Positions 15,710 to 25,900 of a DNA stretch of 64,000 bases are shown one piece after another. Position 1 is the stretch's first letter. Each line of letters begins with the position of its first letter. This stretch comes from a virus: IMG/VR virus record IMGVR_UViG_3300009701_000001, positions 1 through 64,000 of that record. The stretch is one strand, 5' to 3'. A program made the position numbers and the translations under genes. Under the pieces are notes generated by a model that was not told where the DNA came from, ran no database searches, and saw nothing but the letters and a program-made list of their open reading frames with translations.

Positions 15710-16899
15710 TGGCTACTATCCGTCCACAGATGATTGCACCCGTTGATTACAGTGGATCTAACCGCCTTCTTCAAGCTGCCCAGCAACAGATTCTGGGCGG
15801 TTTGGGTAACTTTGGTGATTTGGTTACTGGATTAAGAAATGATGCAATTAAGCAAAATACTGCCAGTGCTGTAGGCACTCTACTTGGTGCACAGAATCAG
15901 GGAGATTTAGCACAACGACAGCAACAAGTATCCAGCATGTTACAAGGTTATAAAGGTGACGTTGATGCTGATGCTGTTAACCGTGCAGCAGCTACAATGC
16001 CTGATACCTTACTAAGTAGAGCATCAAACCAGTTAGGTTTAACTAATCAGCAAAATCAGTTAGATGACCAAAATCTGGCAGGGCAGGCATACTCATTAAT
16101 TGCTAAAGGTGATCTTGCAGGTGCATCACAGATTGCACAGAACATGCATGATCCCTCTAAAGTAATTGGGATGGGTTTGGATGCTCAAGCCAGACAGCAA
16201 CAACTGGCAATACAGCAACAGCAACTTGCACAGTCTGGTTCTAATCAGGCTGCAAGTTTGGCTATGGAACGCCAACGACTCAAGATGCAACAACAACAGT
16301 ACCAACAAGGTAGAGAAGATAAACAATCTGCCTTACAGTATATTTTGGGTGGGGGTTTACCTCCAGGAGTTGGAGGGCAACCTACCCAAGGTGGAGGTGC
16401 TGGGGCAGGATCTCCTCTTTCTGTGTCAGGGGGTATGCCGGGTACTGCAACTAAATTATCCGGTGCAGGACAAAAAGATGCTATTCAGAATGCATCTACT
16501 TTGAATTCACAGAATACTTCGCAAGATGATGTGTCTACTGCCGGTAAAAATAATCTGGATACATGGACAACTTCTAATGATAGTTGGTCAGGTAAGTATG
16601 GGTCTAGAGTCAAAGACTTAGCAGGTAAACTCCCTGGATTTACTGACCTTCCACCAGCACTACAGAAGAACCTTTTAGATATTGGACTGGAATCTTATAA
16701 ACAGAATTCAGGTATATCCAATATGTTTGGTTCGACTAACCCTGAAAGTGCTGCGATGGATGCAATGAATTCAGCATTAAATCAGCATGGTAAAAACCAG
16801 CAGAATACGGTTACACTACAGTCCATGCAAAACCTGCTAGAAGCCCAGCAAGCGGAGGCTCAGAAGAGGCAGAGTTTACTACTCCAATACCTAAGATAA
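15709..16899 (+). CDS. Gln-rich low-complexity virion protein (N4 gp51 position)
   Basis: 396 aa. Its start overlaps the upstream stop (TAATG). Contains runs such as QQQLAIQQQQLAQSG and RLKMQQQQYQQGRE. Immediately precedes the vRNAP gene. Confidence 0.45.
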   Translation: MATIRPQMIAPVDYSGSNRLLQAAQQQILGGLGNFGDLVTGLRNDAIKQNTASAVGTLLGAQNQGDLAQRQQQVSSMLQGYKGDVDADAVNRAAATMPDTLLSRASNQLGLTNQQNQLDDQNLAGQAYSLIAKGDLAGASQIAQNMHDPSKVIGMGLDAQARQQQLAIQQQQLAQSGSNQAASLAMERQRLKMQQQQYQQGREDKQSALQYILGGGLPPGVGGQPTQGGGAGAGSPLSVSGGMPGTATKLSGAGQKDAIQNASTLNSQNTSQDDVSTAGKNNLDTWTTSNDSWSGKYGSRVKDLAGKLPGFTDLPPALQKNLLDIGLESYKQNSGISNMFGSTNPESAAMDAMNSALNQHGKNQQNTVTLQSMQNLLEAQQAEAQKRQSLLLQYLR

Positions 16900-16912
16900 T
16901 AAAGGATAACAA

Positions 16913-19900
16913 ATGGCAGACACTCGTTTAAGTCAATACCTTAACGGTACAGCGTTTGCCTCAATGCCAGCCCAACAACAGCCTGCTAGTCAGGCTGTTC
17001 CTTCTTCTGCTAAACAGGCTGATGTTGAGAGTGCAGTAGACCGTATTACTTCCAATTTTGCAGCAACTGGAAACTTTCCTACTCTTGATGGTGAAATCTT
17101 ACGAATTCAGGATCAGAAAGCTCAACGTGCTACAGCTGTTTCTGATTTTGAAAAAGCTGGTGGAACAGGTTATCTGCAAAATGCAAATCTCGAATCTGCT
17201 GATCCGTGGACTCGCTATCCATCACGTCTGGCTAACATTGCACAGGGTGTTGCTGATGGTATAAATAAATTAAACGTATCTGCGGGCAATGCAGGTAATT
17301 TCACACGTAACCTAATTTCAGATGCATTGGTACCTCAATCAGATGCCGATGCATTCCAACGGTCACAAGACCGTAATGCAAGTGTGCAGGCTAACTTACA
17401 GAATGCTACTGCTTTAAAAGGTATGGCTGCATTTGAAGGTCAACCGGGTGCTTATGATGATCAGGCTCAAGCTCAAGCTATACAAGCTGCTGCAACCCCT
17501 CAGATTTCAGAAGCTGACCAAGCTACGTTAGGCCGTACTATTCGTCCATTTAACTACATGGCTCAAGGTGGATTAGGTCAAACTACTGTAGGTGCTGCAT
17601 TATCTAAATTGGCAGGTAACCCAGGTGAAGGTGAAGCTGCCCCTGCAAATATTGCTAATCCTCTCTTTGTAGATCGTGCTTCAAAGGAAGCAGAAGAAGC
17701 AGGTAAAGGTAAGACAGGTATTTCAAAACTGGCTTCAATGTCTGCTGCCTATCTGTCGAACCCCCTTGCAGTAGCACAGGGTATGGCTGAGTCTGTACCG
17801 TATATGGTGGGTGGCATTCCTGGAATGATTGCATCATCTGGTTTGTATGGTTTAGATGTAGCTCAACAAGCCACGCGTAACCTACAGAAGAATGATGGTT
17901 CTGTTTTACCTTCTGCTGCTAATGTTGCAACAGGTTTAGCTCTGGGTACTGTAGATGCAGGTTTAAACTTTGCTGAGGCAGGTATTAACCGTTTAGGCTT
18001 AGTAGGACGCTCTGTAGGACGTTCAGCACTAAGTCCTGTGACTAATGCACTTGCTGATACTGGTGCCTCCCGTGCTGCCTCCCGTCTTGCTCAGGCTGCT
18101 GCTTCTACCCCAGCTGGCCGTATTGCAGCAACCGCTACTGCACCAGTGCTTAATGCAGCTGAACACGTTGCAACGAATGCTATTACAGAAGGTCTGGTTT
18201 CAGGTGCTCAAAACCAGATTGAGCAACAATATGCCAAAGGTAAAACTGATTGGGATAGCCAAGGTAATGCCCTTGCCTTTGCTCAAGGTGCTGCGACTGC
18301 TGCTGGATTCTCTGCCCCAGGTATTGCACGTCAAGGTGCAGTAGCTGCAAGAGATGCTGCTGCCAATAAAGTTAATGCGGCCAATTCGGATTCAGCTAAG
18401 TTAAGCCAGACAGCTCAGACAAATTCATTCGAGGATTTAACTAATCCACAAAGTGACTCATATAATCCTGCTGCTGCTGTTAGAAAACAAGCTGATGTAT
18501 TCCGTAACCCAGAAGCTACAGCTGATGATCATAAAGCTGCTACAGATGCTGTAGTAGATTATGTAGGTAACTTGCAGCAAACCCTGCCAATTATTAAACA
18601 GTACCAAGATGCTCATGTTGAAGCACAAGGTGTTGTTGATGATGCACAAAATAAACTTACACAACTTCAAGATGAAGCCAGTACTCTTTCTGATCCAGAA
18701 GCTAAGTTAAAGAATGTGTCTGATGTGCAATCTGCTAAAGCTGAATTAGCTGCTGCCCAAGATAAGATTTCACAGATGCCTCCAGTAGAAGCTCTGAATA
18801 CCTTATCAGACCAGTACACTCAAGCTCTAGAACAGGTACAACCAGAACTGGAACGTTTTGACCGTGTATCTGGTCAGGCTAAAACAGATGCTCAAACTAA
18901 AACTGAGAATGTGGATACTCTTACCCAACCAGAAGAGGCCACTACTCCTGCTCAGCAAACTACAGCTGCTCGTGATGTAACTTCATACCCAATGAAGTAC
19001 AGCCCAGAACAGTTGCGTACTATTGCAGATAACCCGCCAGCTAATATGAATGAAAGCCAAGTTAATGTGGTTCGTTCAGTTGCTGATGCTCGTGAAGCTG
19101 TTAGCGAAATTAAGGATCAGAAAGGTGTTACCAGAAGTATCATTAAAGATTCTAATGGTGCTGACCTTTCCTTACCTGATTACCTAACAAACTTTGCTAC
19201 TGCGGTAAGGACTAATAATACTAAGCGTCAAGACCAGCTATCCACTGCGATGACTAACTTCGAACAAAGTCATGTACAGAAAGCAGATGCTTTACGTGAA
19301 GCTTTTGATGCTGTTAAAGGTCAGAAGGGTAAAACTGTTCAGGTATACAAAGACGAATCGGGTAACTGGAATGTCAATCCAGATAAGAAAGTTAAGGCTG
19401 CTAGTTCTATCGATGTGCATCTCAACTCTAATAAATCTAATGGTGGTTTAGGTCTCATTGATCGTGTAGCTAAAGAAGCCCAAGCAATTACAGCTACTCG
19501 TAAGGCTATGGAAGCTATGCAGAACGTTGATGCATCGGCTCAGCCTACTGCTACCGCTAACGCTACGCAGTCGTCTTCCCCTCGCACAACGGCTGACTTG
19601 TCTAATCTTGGTTTCACCCCTGACCAAGTATCCAATATGACTGATGCTGATGCTCAAAGAATCTATAACCCACAAGCGGAAGCGAGTGCAGAAACTACAA
19701 ATCCACAGGCGAAGCCGGAGGATGCAGTAGTGCAGGCACAAGCTGATGCTCCTGTAATTAATCCAACACGTCCAATCTCTAATTCAGAGATCCGTGCAAT
19801 GGATGAACCTACCGTACAGAAGCATCTAGCTACTATGCAAGAAGCTGCAATGGATAATAACAATCCAACTATACGTGACAACTTTAACCGTCTGGATTCA

Positions 19901-22900
19901 GAATTAACTCGTCGTTCTGATGCTGCTGAACGTATGACCCAGAATATCGATCGTCCTAACCGTAATGTGGTGGATAATCTTAACCCTACTAAACAGGCTA
20001 CCCAGACAGTAGATGAAGCTGTTAAGCAGGAATCCAAGAACACACAGAATGAAACTGTTACCAATGAAGAGAATAATGACTCCGCTGAACCTTCTGTATT
20101 AACTGCCGAAGATACACTGGACTCTAATCCTCTCATTGCTTCCAAGGTTGAACTTTCTCCTAAACCAGAAGGACAGATTTCAACACTGGCTTCTAATGAA
20201 GGTCGTGACGCTGAACGTGCAAAACCAGCTACTAAGCAGAACCTATTGGTATCTAACTTTGTACAGGCTGTGCGTAAAGGTTCCCCTAACCCACTAGTTA
20301 TGGTTAAAGACTTTGCATCTTCTATGCTCAAGCCTGCTCTTGCATCCGGTCAATTTACTGATATTAACCGGATGCTTGCCAGTCTTGTACACAAAGGTCA
20401 TGCAGCCTCTAAAGCTCAGGTAGACTTATTGAAGGGTTTCAATACCTTCAATGATAAGTTACGTCCTCTTATTGAGGCGTCACTAAAAGCTAAACAGGAT
20501 GTAACCACTCAACGTGGTAACAACTATGCAGACTTTAAGTATCAAGATCTGATGCAGTTTATGATGACTGATAACAACGGCAAAACTGACCTTGACGAGA
20601 ATGTTAAGACTGCTATTGCTGCTGCTGCGTTTAGTCACATCGCTGAAAATGCTTCTGGCTCAATGTACAAATCACGTAAACAGTTCGCTGCACAGTTTGG
20701 TATTCAGGATGAAGCTTCTGTACCTACTTCCCTGTACAACCGTTTGTCAGATGCTGGTGATAATGCACAGGCTCTTGCACAAGATATTGGCCGTAAAGCC
20801 TATCAAATGCTTGGCTTCAAACTGGCTGATAATAAAGTAGATCCTAACCAGGCTAACAAACTCCAAGTTGCTCTGGGGGCTTATACTCTCCGTGCTATGG
20901 AAGATGCAGGTTTGATGGAACGTACCACAATTAGCAAAGCTGAATTGTTTGGCCTTACTAACTCAAATGTTGATGCGAATACCTATGTTCGTAACTTCAT
21001 TGATGAAGCCAAAGCAAACAATGGTAACCTTCCAGCAAGTAGAGACACCTTACCTAATCCAGCTAAAGTAGATCGTGCTCTACAGACTGAGTTACGTGGA
21101 ATTCTCTCAGCTAAGCCTACAAGCTCTGCCGGTGCGTCAACTGCTCCAGTGTCCTACGTTCGCTTTAAATCAGAAGTAAATCCTGAGACTGGTTTATTAA
21201 AACCAAGTGCTGAGGTAGCGGCTATTCCAGCACTATCTAAAGGTACCGAAGGTTTACTCTCTAAACTGTTCAGTTTTGAACCGAACAAGACTGACCCTAG
21301 TTTGGTTGCACCTAAAGAGCATCGTACAAATACCTTTGGTGATTTTAATCAGGAGATCCCTTCTGAGGCTAAAGACCGTCTTAACAAGATGGATCGTCAG
21401 GCTAATGGTATAAACGAGCCTATCCATAAAGCATTCCAGAATGCTTTGGCTTCTAACTATGCTGGTCAATTCATGCGTATTCTGGGTATGAAAGACTTAA
21501 ATTCTGGTGACTTGGCTTATGCACACAAGAGCATTAAAAAGTCTCAGGAAGCCAAGAATAAGCAATTAGAAACCAGTGTTGAAGATGCAATGGGTTTCAT
21601 CTCTAGACTGACTCCTGATGTTAATGGTCGTCTACAGAACTTCTACCTGCCTACTGCAATGTGGTCTAACCAACGTGTTGGTATCGCTGCTAACACAATG
21701 AATCCACAGGCTAACAAAGTGCATCGTATCCTTTCTGGTTTACGTGCCTTTGATACTGTAGTGGATACCACAGAAGGTAACTTTAATACTGATGGCTCCC
21801 CAACTCGTCTGGGTTTAGCTAAGGCTGTAATTGCCCAAGGTATGGAAGAGGTTCCATTTGGTAACTATGTAGATCTTGGGGGTCGTAGCAAACTACCAAC
21901 TATCGACAAAGTTAATATGAGTACCTATCTGCCGTACTTTGACCAGTATGTACAGCAACCCCATGTTCAGCGTGCTATTCAGGGTATGAATGCACTAGTA
22001 GAAGGTACCCCTTCTCGTACTGATATGGATGCTATTGAGACTGCTGTGTCTGAGTTTGGTATGGGGCCACAATCACTTTCAGCATTACATTCACTCTCTC
22101 TAATCGATAAGGGTGGTAAAGCTACTTTGTCGATCGGTGGTGAATCTGATGGTATTACAAATGGCCCAATGATTACCCAATTACTCTTTGGTACCGGTGA
22201 TACAGAGTTACTGGCTAAAGGTGGTATGTACACTGCTGATGCACCATATAACGATATGATCGATTATCGTAATGCACAGAAAGGTGACCTGTACGAAACG
22301 TTTGGTAATGCCCAGAAAGAATCCCTCCAGGGTGTTCTTGCTGAGTCCCCTAACCTTGTACCGGTAATGAATGCTCTTAATAACCTTAACCCATCTTTTG
22401 GTAATCGTTCCGGTGCTAAACCAGTTGTAACGAAAACTAACTATGGTGCAGGTGAGAATTCAGTACGTACAGCTACTGCGGAAGAGACTGAAACTGCAAT
22501 GTACAAAACTATCTCTAATATTGCCAATCGCTTAGGTCAGGGTGATAAAGCTGGTGCATCTGAGATTGCTAAGAAGTTTATGGGTAATGTTCGACGTGCC
22601 ACAGGGGATACCACATTCACTATCCCAAGTGATTTAGAGGCATTACAGAACTTTGATATTCCACGTAAGACTCTATCAGCTCTCTATGAGGCTGAGTCTC
22701 AAACTCGTGGTGAAGCGTCTGTTCGTGCGCTAAATAACATGTTCCCTGAGTATCAGGATACACGCAGTAAAATGACTGTAATTGCTAAAGCTGCCTTTAC
22801 ACTTTCAGAAGTACTGAATAACCGTAAAGCTCAATTGGCATTAAATGCTGCTGTAAAAGATGGAAGCATCCCAACTACTGCTGCCGGTAATCCTATATCT

Positions 22901-25900
22901 GGTTTGACAGTAGAGCAGATCCGTAACCTTGATAAAGCACAACAAAGCTACCAACCTGTTATTGAATCTTCTATGGGTGCTATGTCTTCTAACCCAGGCG
23001 ATTCAGGTTACATGGCTGCTAAGTCTGGGAAAACTTATGGTGATGTAGCTTCACGTAATGAAGTTAAAGTTGAATTTGCTAAAGGTGGTTCTCGTACCAA
23101 TTTTGAGGCTTACCCTTCAACTGCTGGCCGAACTGACCCAGGTGTTTCAATGTCTGCAATGGTGGTACAAGGCACTGATGCTAACGTGGCAACCAAGGTA
23201 TCAGCCAACTTGCCTGCGTATAACTTCCATGACTCTAACGGAATGTCTATTCAGCATGTGGTACAGGGTGCTCAATTACAGAACAAGTCCCTGTTTGAAG
23301 CTGTACGTGACTACAACGTAGGTGAAGCATTTGAGAATGCTTTAGTGCGTACTGTGAAAGGTGTTGCTGATTCAGCTAATGCTCGTGAACTTACTGCTGA
23401 TGACTCTAAGAAGATTAAATCTGCTATGAGTGATTTAGCTCGTGGATTAGGTTTACACCCTTCAACACGTCCTGCACAGGTAATGGAAGCAGTGTCTAAG
23501 TTTGCCATGATTACTGACGCATCTAAGTTGAAACTCATGCAGCAACTTACCAAGTATGGTCAGTACGGTTTTGAGGGTGGTACTTACCATGTCCCACAAA
23601 AAGACTTGAATGACTTGGGTAAACGTCATGCTGCTTTAAGAGCGAGCTATCAGGATCGCTTGGCTGCGGCTCGTGAATCTGTGAAAGGATCTCAAGTACT
23701 GTCCCCAAAGGCTGAGGCTGCACCGAGTAACGTAACAGCTATGCCAGAGGGCAAAGTACGTAAAACGTTATCTCAGGTGTTGAGTGCCAATGAGGCAGGA
23801 ACCACAACCATCGGTGATTTAATGACACTGGTTTCTTCCCACCTACCGGAGGGCAATAAGCCCTCTACAGTAATGGCTAAGGAATTAACAAGTGTCATTC
23901 AGCAAATCGTACCGAAGGATCTAAAGGTTAACTTACTCAATGAGTTTTCCAATGACTCTGCGGTATTGGATGCACCACAAAATGGAAACTCTCGTGCTTG
24001 GTTTATGCCTACCAAAACTGGTGGGCAGATCAACATTCGCACTGAGGGTGTTACTCCAGAAGTGGTACTTCATGAGGCACTTCATGCAGCTACAGCACAC
24101 GTATTGGATGCAGCTCGTCAAGATCCTAAAAAATATCCACAGGCAACTGAGGCACTTAGTAATCTAGAAACTCTGCTAGGCCATGTTCAAGACAAGTTAA
24201 AGATGGACTCAACTGATACCCAAAACCAGTTTAGCCATGCAATTGCTAATGTAGATGAATTGGTGTCATGGGGACTTACTAATCCCGAATTCCAACACTA
24301 TCTATCGCAAATGACTGGTTTACCAATGGGTAACAGGAATCTATCAATCTTGCCTACAGGCTTGCGTAATTTCGTTACTAATGTTCTGAATGCACTACAT
24401 GGATTTTTGGGGATTAAGACTAACGGCAAAACCATTACTGGTTTAGAAGCTTTACTGATGGATTCTGCAAGTGTACTGGCTCAAGCCAATACAACTCCAT
24501 ACTTTGATGGAGCCAGTCTGCAAATGGCTAATGCTGCAAATCAGGTAGGTAAGTATACCCATAAGGAACTTTTCGATTCACTCGGCAGCTCAACTAATGG
24601 GTCACATAACTCACCTCAATTTAAGGCACGTATCGGCGGACTGATGCAGGATGTATCAGATAAGCTCTACTCTGTGATCGGTGGTTCTCAAATCACAGGG
24701 GACAGCTCAACTAACTACACACCGGGCCAAGTTTGGGGGGAAGCTCTTACTACTGGTAAAGCTCCCTTCACAACCAAAGCTTTAGGTGCAGGGTTCAGAA
24801 TGTCAGATCAAGAAGCCTTTGCAATTGAGGCAATTGAGACAACTGTAGGACACACACTTAACTCAGCCTTTGGTACTGCTGAGGGGCGTGAATTACGTAA
24901 GGCATGGGAAGCAGCACGTAAGAATATTAAACCAGAAGATTTCTTAACTGGTTCAGTAGCTAATGCAACTGCGACTGAAAAAGCTTTAGCACAGAAACAA
25001 TGGGATCACCTGTTCACTATTAAGGATGTTGGCCCGGCGGATCTTAATAATTATCTGGCTCACTTTGCAGCTATGGGCCTGGGTCATGAGCAGACAAGTA
25101 ATATGCTTAAGTTCCCTGCTAATGATGCAGTCACTAAAGGCAAACATGACTACAGCAATTTTGAGAAGGTTGCAGGGTACTTTAACCATGCTGTGGATTG
25201 GGTATCAGGTCGTCTCTCTAATACCAATGTAGGTGAAAATATTGATACTAAGTTACCTATCCTGATTCGCCAAATGACTGAAATTGATTTAAAAAATCGT
25301 GATAAGTCTACAGATAAATTAGGGGCTACCTTGGAATCAATTCAGCATGGTGCTGATAAAATTTCAGATGGTTTAAAAGCTGCTGCTGCTAAATTTGGTA
25401 ATGCCAAAGGTATCGCTGATTCCTCAATTACCCCTGTTCGTGCATTGGCTGGTATTAGCAAATTAGCTGGCGAAGGTAAGATGAACCAGTTAACAAACGT
25501 AATCCAGAATATGAGAGATACCGTTTATCCAAGTAAAGCTAACGGTGAGATCATGTCTATCCTGAATGAATCCACTGTACCAAGCAAAGTACGCAGTGCT
25601 GCTGAACGGTTGAACCGTCTTACAGGTAATATTGAGCAACAACGTCAACGTTTCGCTGGTAGTGTTACATCCACTATAAATGAGATGTTTGAGAATAAAG
25701 GTAAAGACCTTACTCAAGATGATCGTACATCTTTAACTTATAGTCTCTTACGTACTGATGCCCATAGCTTACTAAACAACTATAGCTTTACAGACATTCA
25801 CCAGTTCTTGACTGATGCACCAGCTCGTCAAAAAGCAATGGCTGATATGCAGAAGCAAGTAATGACTCTGCCAAATGGGGATGTTAAAGTAGCTCGTGCT

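Noticed and set aside
19663-20331. 222-aa - strand ORF, plus many 60-125-aa ORFs on both strands between 16913 and 28006
   Set aside because: All lie inside the uninterrupted vRNAP reading frame and have Ser/Leu/Cys-rich shadow-frame composition and no translation signals.
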